A DNA stretch of 63,999 bases, filler included, from Stramenopiles sp. TOSAG23-6 (lineage: Eukaryota): the NCBI GenBank assembly GCA_900128565.1. It is 11 parts of 11 records of this genome, joined end to end, with 100 filler letters (N's around TTAATTAATTAA, not from the genome) between each part and the next. Parts side by side here need not be neighbours in the genome. Positions count along the whole stretch, not along the records: positions 17,738 to 23,533 come from LT636829.1; positions 23,634 to 29,425 come from LT636830.1; positions 29,526 to 35,317 come from LT636831.1; 8 more parts are not named here. One strand, 5' to 3'. The notes beneath the pieces were generated by a model, which did not search any database, was not told the origin of the DNA, and worked only from the letters and a program-made list of their open reading frames with translations. A program made the translations under genes and the position numbers. This document shows positions 18,697 through 30,941 of this stretch, in pieces. Positions within the stretch are counted from its first letter, which is position 1, and each line of letters begins with the position of its first letter.

Positions 18697-21378
18697 ATGG
18701 CACGCACAGGTAAACCTGAAAGCAATGACGAAGATTTTGATGAATCAAGAGACGGTTCCTTCTCAGATGAGGAAACAGAGATGACTACACAAGAGGCTCA
18801 AAGAATACGGGAGATCGGTGCGCATCCCATGCTTCAAGGNGTTCAGGAGAAGTTATTAATTCAACTCAAAACAGAACAAGATCGTCTTGATGTTGAACTT
18901 CGTGACAAAATTGAAGGCCTCAAACGCATGAAGAAGGCCCGTGAGGATACCGGTGTCGCATTGTATTCAACTCAGCAGCAATTGGCAAAGTTACAGCTAC
19001 AACTNGAGTCAACTATAAAGGAGCACGCAACTTTGGCTCAATTTCGCCTGGAAGCAGAAAAACAAACTCTTGTTGACCAAAANACTTTGAAAGGGCTTNA
19101 AANGGATACGGAAGTTGAAGATCGCAAACTACAAAAGCAACAAAAGGAGCTTGATAAACTTAATGTGACCATTCACCAGTGCGAGAAGTATAACGAAAGT
19201 ATGAAAGGTGAAATTTCGGTCGTCAGGCGAGCAGCGTANAAAACAGAAGAAAATGTTGGAATTGCTGAAAAGAAGAAACAAAGCCAAGATGTTTATATTG
19301 ATGGACTTAATGAGAGAATCAAGACGACTCGTGAACANTATGCNTTGTACAAAGCTCAGTTGGTTTCTCAGAAGCAGGAAACAACGGCTGCAACAAAAAC
19401 TCTTCTCGAGGCTTTCAAGGAAATGGAAGCAATTGAATTTGAGAAGAAACAATTGATGGCGCAATGGCGTTCGTCTCTTATTGGAGTCCAACGACGAGAT
19501 GAAGCATTGTCTGCAACTCATGCTGCTGTTGGAAAGCAACTCGAACAAGCGAAATCAACGCATAGCGAAACGAAAGGAATCGCAGTCAACATTAANCAGG
19601 AGCAAACCAAGAATGAGAATCATACAGCTGCCCATGATAAAATTATTAATGAAATTTCTTTCTTAAAGAAAGAAGTTGTTAAGCTTCGTGTTACACGTAA
19701 AAAACTTGAAGAACGCTATGGCATGTTAAAGAAATCGCTTGAGCAAACAGACAAAGAAGGTTCCAGAGTTGAATTGGAGAAGAAAAATCTTTTAGACCAA
19801 ATAAANAACGTGACACAGAGCATCAAGCTTGTTAATGATGAGCGACAAGAAATTGAGGATGGTATTGCACTAAACAGAAGTACACAGACAACAGTGTCAA
19901 AAGCAGCACAAAATCTTGCAAAAGATGAAGTGAAAATTCGGCAGCTTGTCCACAAAAAAGAGAAGGAGATGACAAAAATGGAGAATGAGATGTCACGAGC
20001 AAAAGTTGACACATTAAACACCATAGCTCATAACAAACAATTACGAAGTGACCTGGACAAGTTATCGAAGAACTTGAAGGAGAAAGATAAGTTGATTGAA
20101 AAGTATGATCTTGAGATTCGTCAGNGGAATGATCAGGTAGAGAAAAAAATGTATATNGTTGATCGATTAAACAGAAAACTTGAAACACTGGCAAAAGCAG
20201 GTGTTGTTGATGAATCAAGTGGACCTTTAGAAGCCACAATTCTAAGCCTGGAAAAGGATATAAGCGCTAGCAGANTCGAACAAGGAAAGATTCAGCGAAG
20301 GTGGCTTNGGGATCAAACTGAACTTGTTAATGTGACTGCGAATGCTGAACAACTGAATACTGAAATCCATAGAAAAACGAGTGAGAAGATCATTGTTGAA
20401 CAAAGAGAGCTCAGAGTTGATCGGGCGATTAAGCTTGCCAAGGATGAGGTGAATGCATTACGTAAAGAAATCAACAACATGCATGGTGGAATGACTCGCT
20501 TGAATACTTTAATAGCATCGAATACGGATTTGCAAGCTAAACTTGCGTCAACAACGTTTAGCATGGAAACATCTTTTGTTGCTGAACTGAGGGAATTGGA
20601 ATCGGCCTCTGTTGCTCGTGATTCGAAGGTCAGAGAGTTGGTCAAGGCAAGGAAACAACTTTTGGAGGACGTGGCGGAAACCGAGAGACAATTACTTTTG
20701 TGGAAGAAACAGTACGCATTAGAAAAAGAGACACAAGATGCTCTCGACCCTACAGTTGGTGTTGGCGAAGGAGCTAGTATGAGAAAAGAAATCCATCGAA
20801 TGAAGTTGAGATATACAACTCTAAAACGTGAACANGAAAAAATGATTGAAGAAATGGAACTTGCGATTGAAAAGCGCGAATCTATTGCCACTCGAAATCG
20901 TGGTCGTCATCACACTGGTTACACTAAACAAACATTGACAAGACGACTACATCAATTAGAAGCTATGTTACAAACGACTGCGAAGGACACAAAACGTTGT
21001 AAAAACATGCTCGTGGACAANGAGTCTGAGATAAGTAATGTCTCATCAGAATTAGAAAAGGCTTGCAAAGAGCAAGATAATGCAGATGCTGCAGTATCAG
21101 AAGTNCAACAGCGCATTAACGACGTATTATACGAAAAACAGAGAATTACTGATGGTATCACGATGTTGCAGCGAATGCATCGCCGTTATAAGAATCTAGC
21201 TGATGGAAATGAGCCAACGCCTAGAGAAAATGGAGAGCCAGATGGAGGTTTAATTGAAGCAGANGCTCAAAAAGCGGCAGTCCTTCGATGTGTTAAACAA
21301 TTACAATTTGAATACCCTCAATTTTCAGAAGTGTTGTCTCGAGTAGGAGCACTGACTGATGTTAGTTTACCCGTTTAA
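18697..21378 (+). CDS. CCDC40: CCDC40 (duplicate contig)
   Basis: Same as 960-3641. Confidence 0.85.
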   Translation: MARTGKPESNDEDFDESRDGSFSDEETEMTTQEAQRIREIGAHPMLQXVQEKLLIQLKTEQDRLDVELRDKIEGLKRMKKAREDTGVALYSTQQQLAKLQLQXESTIKEHATLAQFRLEAEKQTLVDQXTLKGLXXDTEVEDRKLQKQQKELDKLNVTIHQCEKYNESMKGEISVVRRAAXKTEENVGIAEKKKQSQDVYIDGLNERIKTTREXYXLYKAQLVSQKQETTAATKTLLEAFKEMEAIEFEKKQLMAQWRSSLIGVQRRDEALSATHAAVGKQLEQAKSTHSETKGIAVNIXQEQTKNENHTAAHDKIINEISFLKKEVVKLRVTRKKLEERYGMLKKSLEQTDKEGSRVELEKKNLLDQIXNVTQSIKLVNDERQEIEDGIALNRSTQTTVSKAAQNLAKDEVKIRQLVHKKEKEMTKMENEMSRAKVDTLNTIAHNKQLRSDLDKLSKNLKEKDKLIEKYDLEIRQXNDQVEKKMYXVDRLNRKLETLAKAGVVDESSGPLEATILSLEKDISASRXEQGKIQRRWLXDQTELVNVTANAEQLNTEIHRKTSEKIIVEQRELRVDRAIKLAKDEVNALRKEINNMHGGMTRLNTLIASNTDLQAKLASTTFSMETSFVAELRELESASVARDSKVRELVKARKQLLEDVAETERQLLLWKKQYALEKETQDALDPTVGVGEGASMRKEIHRMKLRYTTLKREXEKMIEEMELAIEKRESIATRNRGRHHTGYTKQTLTRRLHQLEAMLQTTAKDTKRCKNMLVDXESEISNVSSELEKACKEQDNADAAVSEXQQRINDVLYEKQRITDGITMLQRMHRRYKNLADGNEPTPRENGEPDGGLIEAXAQKAAVLRCVKQLQFEYPQFSEVLSRVGALTDVSLPV

Positions 21379-21572
21379 AATGATGATGTTGTGTAAGTGT
21401 TTATTATTAAGNTTAGGGTTTTGTAATTGGTTATATATCTTTCCCACTGTAGAAAACTTGNGGAAGTGCGTATGCCTATTGAANCTTTTGTAAAAAAATG
21501 AATATAATAGTATTATAATGTAAAAAAAAGAATAAAATACGATGTAAAAATATTTTGTATATAATTTTATAT

Positions 21573-23189
21573 TTAACCTTTGACAACAGCTACTGGGCGC
21601 AATTTAACTACTTTTTTCGATAATCCTGAATCGTGNCAAGTATCTACAACCTGTGTCACATGTATTTTGGAAAAATATTTCAACAAAAAAANTGTTAGGT
21701 ANAAAATTTTCNAANAAAANAANCCATTGGAATTTGAAAAAAAATAAAACATACATCTTTATAACTTTCTGGTGCTTCCTCCATAACTAACTTTGGTGAT
21801 GCNACTCGAATTGAAATTCCTTTTTTTTCTAAATTTTCTAAAACATCCTCATAATTNATTATACGCCGACTTTTTGCTCTACTTAAAGCGCGCCCTGCGC
21901 CATGACNAGTACTNCCCCCATNTTTNTTTCNTNCNTTCAGCCGTACCTGTCAGCACATACGAACAAGTGCCCATCGTTCCTCCAATTAGCACAGGTTGTC
22001 CAGTAAATTGATAATCAACTGGAATGAGTGGATGATGAGGTGGAAAGGCGCGAGTTGAGCCTTTCCGATGTACAAGAAGCTGTTTTGGTTTTCCGTGTAC
22101 CATATGTTGCTCTATCTTTGCGATATTGTGTGATACATCATATATAAGGTGCATGTCTAGATCNTCGGCAGTAGAATCAAACATTTTAGAAAANGCTTGA
22201 CGTGCAAGAAATGTCATTGATGATCTATTCACCCAGGCATAATTTGCAGCAGCAGCCATTGCCTTCAAATATCGTTGGCCTTCTTTGCTTTGTATTTTTG
22301 CACAAGCTAATTGTCTATCATTGGTTTCAATATTATCCCGGACCATGGCTCTTTCCATTTCAATCAGTGAATCCGTTGCGACTTGATGCCCAAGTCCTCG
22401 ACTACCTGAATGGATCATGACACACACCTGGCCTTTATTATATAAACCCATTTTATTTGCTGAAAAATCATCATATATTTCATCAACCACTTGAATTTCG
22501 CAATAATGATTTCCTGCACCAAGTGTTCCAAGTTGAGGTAGGCCACGTTTTTTTGCACGACTCGAAACACAATTTGGATCAGCATTTAGCATCCGGCCAT
22601 TTTCTTCACAATGCTCCTTATCCTCGGCCCATGCATATCCTTCCCGGAGACTCCAATCCATTCCTAATTCTAAAGCGTCATTTAGATCATTAGCATTTGT
22701 CGGTATGATACCTCTGCTTCCAACACCAACAGGAATATGATCGAACAATGACTGAGTCAATTTGTCCTTCTTNTCACACAGGTCTTTTTCATGAAGATTT
22801 GTTCGTAAAAGCCGAACACCACAATTTATATCAAATCCAACTCCTCCAGGAGAAACAACAGCGTTAGGGTCATCCATATCAAATGCTGCTACATTTCCAA
22901 TGGCGAAGCCATATCCTGAGTGTATATCTGGTAAACCAATTGAATGGCCGACGATGCCCGGAAGTGCGGCAACATTTGATAATTGTTTTACTGCCGGAAG
23001 GAAGCCCCCGAAGCCTTTTGCATCGCAATGAAATCGCAGTTCATCCATCATCAGAGGTTCTAGTACAGAATTCACATAATAAAGAGCAGGCACTACCATA
23101 TTTGGAACAAAACCCTTCTCAATGCGATACATGTGGCCTCCTACATGACTTATAAAAGCTTTTTCTTGTTCAAACGTTCGCCTCGGCAT
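21573..23189 (-). CDS. RTCB: RtcB (duplicate contig); family intron 21660-21754
   Basis: Same as 3836-5452. Confidence 0.95.
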
Positions 23190-23633
23190 TTGAGTTTGTT
23201 CTAATCGTTATTATTGCATTCAATTGTATCACAATATAGAATGGAAAAGGCCAATATGCTTGTGGTTCCAGAAGTTGATGTTCCTTCAAAGATTTGAATT
23301 TAATGCAAATTGAATATTATTTGGATGACACAAAGTGCGAGAACAAATCCGAAATTGACTCGTTCGAATTTTTTTTTGACCCCGAAAAATTTTTAAATTA
23401 GGGTTGGGGGATTTTTTTGGGCGGATGATATTATCTAAATCATACTTAATATTACAGTAGAAAGTAGATACAGCCAATTTTTTCCAACATAAATATCACA
23501 TTTTTATTTTTTTATGGAATAGTAGGATGAGTTNNNNNNNNNNNNNNNNNNNNNNNNNNNNNNNNNNNNNNNNNNNNTTAATTAATTAANNNNNNNNNNN
23601 NNNNNNNNNNNNNNNNNNNNNNNNNNNNNNNNN

Positions 23634-23760
23634 AAAAAAAAATATAAAAAAAATTTTTTGGGAAAAAAATTTTTTTCCAAAAAAAAAAAAAAATTGTTAG
23701 GTACAAAATTTCGTACGAAAAAAAAAAAATTCAAATGTAAAAAAAATAAATAAAACATAC
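23634..23760 (-). other. Family intron truncated at contig end (copies 29526-29652, 35418-35544)
   Basis: AAT|GTATGTTTTATTT..TTTCGTACGAAATTTTGTACCTAAC. Confidence 0.8.
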
Positions 23761-24648
23761 ATTGACTTTCATTGGAAATAATTGAGCAAATGAAGGAAAT
23801 GTTGTTAATTCTTCAGTTTTGTTTTTATCTCTCCAACATTGAATCTTTTGTATAATATTTTCATCTTTTGTTTCATTTTTGATTTCATCATCTGAAATAC
23901 TATTAAATAATATAAGTAATTGTGGAACAATCTCATTAGGGTTAGGGTTATGACTGGTGGTAGATGATAACAAATCAAATCCTTGACAACGAAATTGAAT
24001 TTGTCTATTTGCGAAAGGCCAAGGCAACCAAATAGAACCGTTTATAAACACTTCAATATCTTTCTTTTGAAATAAAATAGTTGGATCTAAGACATACGTA
24101 TTCCAATCACCTAATATATCCCATTCTCGAGCTAAAGCTAACAATTCGTGGGGTAAAGCATCATATGTAGCCTCCCATCGCAAATGGTGAATATTTTCTT
24201 CTCTTTTGTATTTTGTTACAAGTGTTGTGTTTGTATTTTTTGGCTTATTTTCAGATGTAGTAGTTGGTGTAGTTGCAAGCCATTCTCCAGCTTTACCCAA
24301 GTCTTTGACCTTTTGAAGCGTTGTTTCAATTCGCTGTACTGTAGGTGTAATTAATGTCAAGAGTTCATTTACTTGCTCTGTAGTTACAAGCGTTTTTGAT
24401 ACTGTAGGAGGTACTGGTGGAGTAATTGACGACGATGGAGCTGCTGATACTATTTGAGGCGACTTTATTGGGTGTGCAGTATCTGAAATTTCATTTGAAA
24501 CACTCTTTGTTTCAGCAAGCTCAGTAGTAGACCATGTTCGATTTTGTAATGACGCTAAAAGAACATCACGTGCTTCTAAAATACGACCCACACTGATTAG
24601 TTCTTTTGCATTTTCAAGAGCCAAGGTAAGATTAATAGTTGAAGTCAT
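23761..24648 (-). CDS. START/SRPBCC-like domain protein, 5' exon
   Basis: LLALAREWDILGDWN..WLPWPFANRQ..GFDLL resembles START-like fold. Confidence 0.55.
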
Positions 24649-24843
24649 TAATTTAATTGCTTAGTTATAGATTTGTATGATAATTCCAAGAAAATATTGA
24701 ATAGGTTGTGAGTCCTTGTGAGTTTGTGTACCAAACAAAATTACTTTTTTATTATTCCAATATTGAATATTCAGTCAGTCAAAATCTCTGACCAATTATT
24801 TCCGTGGCTCTCTCTCGAAATTGCCAAATTGGTGAAGAGATTT

Positions 24844-24874
24844 TGACCAATTTCCGTGGCTCGGAAATTGGTCA
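24844..24874. promoter_or_regulatory. 13-bp inverted repeat in a divergent intergenic region
   Basis: TGACCAATTTCCG-TGGCT-CGGAAATTGGTCA; related copy near 24789. Confidence 0.5.
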
Positions 24875-25049
24875 TTTCATTTCAGCAACACTTTTTCATT
24901 TTTCATTTTTTGCTAAATAGGACTACGACAAAACAAATATTTTTTACAAACAAACTTTGCTGCTTCATTGCTGATGCGTACAATACTATAGATTTCGCAA
25001 TTAGCACAACACACAATATTCTTTGATCAATATCTTATTTATATATAGT

Positions 25050-26356
25050 ATGAGTGATCCAAAAAGTGAAGTGAAACCTCACCTACGTTCCTTAATCCGT
25101 GGCAAAGGAAAAGTCATTGTTACAGACACTTTTTCCGCAGCTCAACCAGGTCAATGTAGAAAAAAGGCTGCAGCGTCTGCATTAGTCTTCGCCAAGTCAA
25201 ACGTGTCTTTGTCAACCATTACACCCGATAGTATTAGTGTACATGGTGGGGATCATGTAGTAGGTACAGTAGATGATAACACTTCTAAAATAACAAAAGG
25301 ACCTCCAAAAAAAAACAACTGGATCGACGACGCATTAGACCAACTATCTGATGCCAGAGGTGTTCAGTGGCAAAAAAAAGTTGCTGCCCAACGAGAAATA
25401 TCAGCAAGAACTACTGAACTAAACAGACGTAATCGAGGCGCATATGAATTGAAACATCATAAGGAGGCTATTCGACAAAACGTATGTTTTAACCATAACA
25501 ATATTTTTTTTTAATTCATTATTTTTTTCATGACTTTTTCAAAAAAAATTTCAATTTTTTTTTTATATTATTTTTGTACCTAACAAACACAAATCAGTTT
25601 TTCACAAATATATTCTTACCATACATGATGTACGAGCTACTGATAGAGAATTAGTAATGGATTTATTCGGTACAGATTTTGCAATTCCACCGCCAGAACC
25701 AAAAAAGAAAAACCAAAGTCAAAAAAGTAAAAAAAGTAAAAAAATCAAAAAAAGTAAAAAAAATATATATTGTAACCCTAACCCTACTGTGGATAAAAAT
25801 ATTGCAAAAGCGTGTCAAAATGCATCATTTATTGCTCATTCAGCAAGCAATTGTATCACTAGTTTTTTATCTACTTTTGATAGACAAATGGAGTTTCTAT
25901 TTGAAGAATTTAATAANAAAAAANGTAGTGAANAAAAAAAANGTANTTNCTGANTTNACAAAAAATCTACAAAAAATAAAAAATAGTGATAAATTAGCAA
26001 ATCGAGATGAAATTAATGATGAAGTAGAAGCATTATTTGGCATATTTGATGAAGAATGTCGTAGTGCGCCGATAGAATGTAAAATCAAAATAGCCGAAAA
26101 TAATAATTTGAATATTGATGATTTAATTCATTGTGTACAATTCCAACTAGGGTTAGGGTTAGGGTTCATTACAATTGGTTTTCATGATCATTATCCATCC
26201 CATTCTCCACCTATATTATATATAGATGAGATAAAGAATGATAAAAAGAAAATAGAAAAATTGAGACATTTGTTACATTATATGCATGCTGATGGAAATG
26301 GTGAAATTTGTGTTTGGCAATGGATTGAAATGTTGAAATCTACATTCAATAAATAA
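25050..26356 (+). CDS. RWD-domain protein; intron 25482-25626; apparent frameshift in N-rich 25915-25960
   Basis: EINDEVEALFGIF..YPSHSPP..GEICVWQWIEML RWD signature. Confidence 0.7.
25482..25626 (+). other. Non-AG family intron (145 nt, GTATGT...ACCATACAT), phase 0 (copies 31374-31518, 37266-37410)
   Basis: Joins IRQN|DVRATD in frame; internal CAG at 25597 is out of frame. Confidence 0.75.
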
Positions 26357-26471
26357 ATGAATTTGTTACATTATCACTTGTGTTTTTATGATGTCATGTT
26401 ACTTCTTCTCCATGACACGTCGTCCAATAGTATCAAAAAATGGTCAATAGTATATATGTATACGCGTTCAG

Positions 26472-26480
26472 TACCGGGTA
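26472..26480. promoter_or_regulatory. Candidate promoter motif TACCCGGTA/TACCGGGTA (also 27591, 47557, 55436; variant 50177)
   Basis: GC-rich motif recurring 130-245 nt upstream of start codons. Confidence 0.55.
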
Positions 26481-26677
26481 GCTTTTCATGGAGTCAGTAC
26501 ACGAATTCTCAAAATGATGGGAAATATTCTATATTTTTATTTAGGTACAGTTTTTTGTACCAATTTTCAAGAAATTACCCGACAAATCCAAAGAGGAACT
26601 TTACTTGCGTGTTTTTTGGTGTTTCTCCCCTCCCTATTACATATTTTAGAAAGCGAGATAGCTTTCAAAGTAAGAAG

Positions 26678-27376
26678 ATGTCTGCGACTGACCTTGAAAA
26701 TGCAAATGAACAGAATGGTGATGTAACAGCGAAGAAAGATGTTAAGGTTTCAGAGGCTACATCATCAACGGACGCGACTGAAGCACCAAAGAGTGCAACA
26801 TTGGAAAATGGAACTTCTGTAACTGATGAAACACGGGAGCGCACTTCAAGTGAAGTTTCTATTAGTGGTACTGATTACGATAAAGAATTAGATGACATGA
26901 AGAAAAAGATTGCTGATATGGAACGTGAATCTCAAAAGCTTAATGAACTTCAATCTCAAGTATCAGAGGAATTAAGTGCTGTCGCTCAGGCTGCAGATCA
27001 AAAAGACGAATGTTCCATTTACGTTGGTAATGTGGACTATCACACTACCCCTGGGGAGTTACAAAACCATTTTAAAAGTTGTGGAACTGTCGAACGTGTA
27101 ACTATTCAATGTGACAAATGGACTGGGCGCTCTAAAGGTTTTGCGTATATTAAATTTGTCGAACCCGAAGCCGCACAAACTGCGTTAGTTCTTGATAAAT
27201 CTGAATTCCGTGGTAGAGAACTGTCAGTTGTTATAAAGAGAGTAAATGTTCGAGGTTTCAATAGTGGACGTGGTAGAGGTCGTGGTCGTGGCAGAGGCCG
27301 TGGAAGAGGTCGTGGCCGTGGTAGAGGACGTGGTAGAGGTCGTGGACGGGGTCGTAATCGGTATAGACCTTATTAG
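26678..27376 (+). CDS. PABPN1: Nuclear poly(A)-binding protein (coiled coil, RRM, RG tail)
   Basis: SIYVGNVDY..HFKSCGTVERVTIQCDKWTG..KGFAYIKF, RG repeats, YRPY end. Confidence 0.92.
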   Translation: MSATDLENANEQNGDVTAKKDVKVSEATSSTDATEAPKSATLENGTSVTDETRERTSSEVSISGTDYDKELDDMKKKIADMERESQKLNELQSQVSEELSAVAQAADQKDECSIYVGNVDYHTTPGELQNHFKSCGTVERVTIQCDKWTGRSKGFAYIKFVEPEAAQTALVLDKSEFRGRELSVVIKRVNVRGFNSGRGRGRGRGRGRGRGRGRGRGRGRGRGRGRNRYRPY

Positions 27377-27821
27377 GGTTAGGGTTGAAGATTTTTTGTC
27401 CTTACAATTTTGTTTGTTACGTAATAAATGTATATAATACCAATCAGTTTTTATTTTTTATTGAACATTCTCAAGGCAAATAGAATAATGTGAGAAAAGA
27501 ATGACTTATCGTACATGGCGTCGTCTGAGGGAAAGATAGTGAGGAGAGAGAATTCATAGAAATAAAATGAATCGCTTTGAAAAATGGTGTTACCCGGTAA
27601 TATTAAAAATGCAAAAAACACGAAAAACACGAAAAACAAGAAAAAATGAACAAAATGCATCACAAAGAACAAAATGCTACCAAAACCTATGTCCTCACAG
27701 CTGACATCAAGTAGCTTCTAAGAGTTTTCTATTCGCTTTTACTTCAAACTACATCATACCTAATGATTCATAATTGTTTCCTACAATTTCAACAAATTCT
27801 AAAGTAATATACTATTTAACA

Positions 27822-28910
27822 ATGAAAACAACGTGTATATTCTTCCTTTTGGTAATACTTTCTACTACAAGATTTGTAAATGCGGCTATGGAAAGCAAAC
27901 GTAGTACAGACGACTCAAGTGACATGAAACAGCCATCATCACAACAACAACAAGTAACAAGAAGGCTCCGAGGTGCACAAAATCCACTAATGAAGTTTCT
28001 TACAAATCGTACAAGCATCGATTTGTATAAGTCAGGATATTTAGACCTTGATAGTATTCGAAGTTTTTATGTTGCATCATTCCCACTATTATGCAAAACA
28101 TTCCCACGATTAAGCACTAAAGGTCATTTTCAGGGAACAACTCAATTTGTTCAAAGAGAATCAATAAGAGAGGTGTACGAACCAATAATGAAAATAATAC
28201 GTATGCTTCAAATGGGCAAAGTAGTAAGTGAAGATAAAACTATCAAGATGCGCCTGTGTGATGAGACAATAAATGAAGCACTAACACGTATTAAAAGAGA
28301 AGCGGCAGAAATACTCGATTTCAAAGAATTCGACTTTAGAGTTAGGGGTAAGTATGATCCGCTTGTGATTCATGCACCAAATGGAGATATGTTATGCGCT
28401 CATTCGGCATTTTCCCGACCGCAGAGTTGGTTGGAAACTCCTGTACATTTTGTAGCTTTATTAAATGGTACTGTGTACACATGGGGAGAGGGAGACCAAG
28501 GTCGACTTGGTCATGGTGATGAAAAAAATCAACGCATACCTAAAATTGTTGAAGCATTCAAAAATGAACCTATAAAGAAGATATCAGTTGGTAAAGATCA
28601 CACTGTTGCATTATCAACTGATGGTGATGTATACACATGGGGATTTGCAGGATACGGTCAACTTGGTCTTTGGAATGACAGCGACGATTCCGATGATTCC
28701 GACGATTCTGATCGTGGTGATCAAAACACACCTAAACTTGTTGTATTATTATGTGATTCAGAAGTGAAGGACATATTGGCTGGAGATGACTACACTCGTA
28801 TAGAACTAGCAAATGGTGAATGGCGTGACACTCGAAAAGTGGAACTTATTTCTGGTGATCTCCTTTGGCCAATGGATTCAGATCAAGAGAAGGATTCAGA
28901 TTCGGATTAA
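27822..28910 (+). CDS. Signal-peptide protein with about two RCC1 repeats
   Basis: MKTTCIFFLLVILS; VYTWGEGDQGRLGHGD, ISVGKDHTVAL..VYTWGFAGYGQLG. Confidence 0.8.
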   Translation: MKTTCIFFLLVILSTTRFVNAAMESKRSTDDSSDMKQPSSQQQQVTRRLRGAQNPLMKFLTNRTSIDLYKSGYLDLDSIRSFYVASFPLLCKTFPRLSTKGHFQGTTQFVQRESIREVYEPIMKIIRMLQMGKVVSEDKTIKMRLCDETINEALTRIKREAAEILDFKEFDFRVRGKYDPLVIHAPNGDMLCAHSAFSRPQSWLETPVHFVALLNGTVYTWGEGDQGRLGHGDEKNQRIPKIVEAFKNEPIKKISVGKDHTVALSTDGDVYTWGFAGYGQLGLWNDSDDSDDSDDSDRGDQNTPKLVVLLCDSEVKDILAGDDYTRIELANGEWRDTRKVELISGDLLWPMDSDQEKDSDSD

Positions 28911-29126
28911 CCATCATAAGTTATAATGAATAATTATCGTGGGTTCCTTTTTTTAACTAACTTTTTTGTAACACACATCTGTACATAAGAAAAAAAATCA
29001 TTATATATATATATATATATATTTAAACAAAATGCACAAAATAAAATAAAATAAAATATAAACAATGAAAAAAAATTTTTTTTTTTTTTTACTCTCGTTT
29101 ATAATTTTTTTTTTTCAATATATTTT

Positions 29127-29425
29127 TCAAATGGCAGGTAGAGTATATTCATCATACTGTGAAATATGTTTATTTTTTTTTCGTCCACTTCTCCTAGGGT
29201 TAGGGTTTTCATGTTGTAATGAGTTTTTTCGTCTACTTCTCCTAGGGTTAGGGTTTTCATGTTGTAGTGAGAGTTTATGAAATGATTGACTAAGTGATGA
29301 AGAATCTCTACTTTTCATATAATATTCTTGTTTTTCTTCATCATCCAAATTTTTATTACGACGTTTTGGCTTAGGGTTAGGGTTATATTGTCTATCATGA
29401 CTGTTTTGCCTATCTGAAATATAAT
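29127..29425 (-). CDS. Possible low-complexity 3' end of an unknown gene with a 48-nt duplication
   Basis: Open frame with LQHENPNPRRS twice. Confidence 0.35.
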
Positions 29426-29652
29426 NNNNNNNNNNNNNNNNNNNNNNNNNNNNNNNNNNNNNNNNNNNNTTAATTAATTAANNNNNNNNNNNNNNNNNNN
29501 NNNNNNNNNNNNNNNNNNNNNNNNNAAAAAAAAATATAAAAAAAATTTTTTGGGAAAAAAATTTTTTTCCAAAAAAAAAAAAAAATTGTTAGGTACAAAA
29601 TTTCGTACGAAAAAAAAAAAATTCAAATGTAAAAAAAATAAATAAAACATAC

Positions 29653-30540
29653 ATTGACTTTCATTGGAAATAATTGAGCAAATGAAGGAAATGTTGTTAA
29701 TTCTTCAGTTTTGTTTTTATCTCTCCAACATTGAATCTTTTGTATAATATTTTCATCTTTTGTTTCATTTTTGATTTCATCATCTGAAATACTATTAAAT
29801 AATATAAGTAATTGTGGAACAATCTCATTAGGGTTAGGGTTATGACTGGTGGTAGATGATAACAAATCAAATCCTTGACAACGAAATTGAATTTGTCTAT
29901 TTGCGAAAGGCCAAGGCAACCAAATAGAACCGTTTATAAACACTTCAATATCTTTCTTTTGAAATAAAATAGTTGGATCTAAGACATACGTATTCCAATC
30001 ACCTAATATATCCCATTCTCGAGCTAAAGCTAACAATTCGTGGGGTAAAGCATCATATGTAGCCTCCCATCGCAAATGGTGAATATTTTCTTCTCTTTTG
30101 TATTTTGTTACAAGTGTTGTGTTTGTATTTTTTGGCTTATTTTCAGATGTAGTAGTTGGTGTAGTTGCAAGCCATTCTCCAGCTTTACCCAAGTCTTTGA
30201 CCTTTTGAAGCGTTGTTTCAATTCGCTGTACTGTAGGTGTAATTAATGTCAAGAGTTCATTTACTTGCTCTGTAGTTACAAGCGTTTTTGATACTGTAGG
30301 AGGTACTGGTGGAGTAATTGACGACGATGGAGCTGCTGATACTATTTGAGGCGACTTTATTGGGTGTGCAGTATCTGAAATTTCATTTGAAACACTCTTT
30401 GTTTCAGCAAGCTCAGTAGTAGACCATGTTCGATTTTGTAATGACGCTAAAAGAACATCACGTGCTTCTAAAATACGACCCACACTGATTAGTTCTTTTG
30501 CATTTTCAAGAGCCAAGGTAAGATTAATAGTTGAAGTCAT
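29653..30540 (-). CDS. START-like protein (copy 2)
   Basis: Same as 23761-24648. Confidence 0.55.
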
Positions 30541-30941
30541 TAATTTAATTGCTTAGTTATAGATTTGTATGATAATTCCAAGAAAATATTGAATAGGTTG
30601 TGAGTCCTTGTGAGTTTGTGTACCAAACAAAATTACTTTTTTATTATTCCAATATTGAATATTCAGTCAGTCAAAATCTCTGACCAATTATTTCCGTGGC
30701 TCTCTCTCGAAATTGCCAAATTGGTGAAGAGATTTTGACCAATTTCCGTGGCTCGGAAATTGGTCATTTCATTTCAGCAACACTTTTTCATTTTTCATTT
30801 TTTGCTAAATAGGACTACGACAAAACAAATATTTTTTACAAACAAACTTTGCTGCTTCATTGCTGATGCGTACAATACTATAGATTTCGCAATTAGCACA
30901 ACACACAATATTCTTTGATCAATATCTTATTTATATATAGT

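Larger units (their letters stand above)
17738..23533 (+). repeat. Near-identical second copy of contig 1-5816
   Basis: Offset 17737; coding sequence and almost all N positions shared; indels near the right end. Confidence 0.97.

Noticed and set aside
26357-26677. 107-aa N-terminal extension of PABPN1 in the ORF track
   Set aside because: Intergenic-like composition containing the promoter motif; ATG 26678 is the plausible start.
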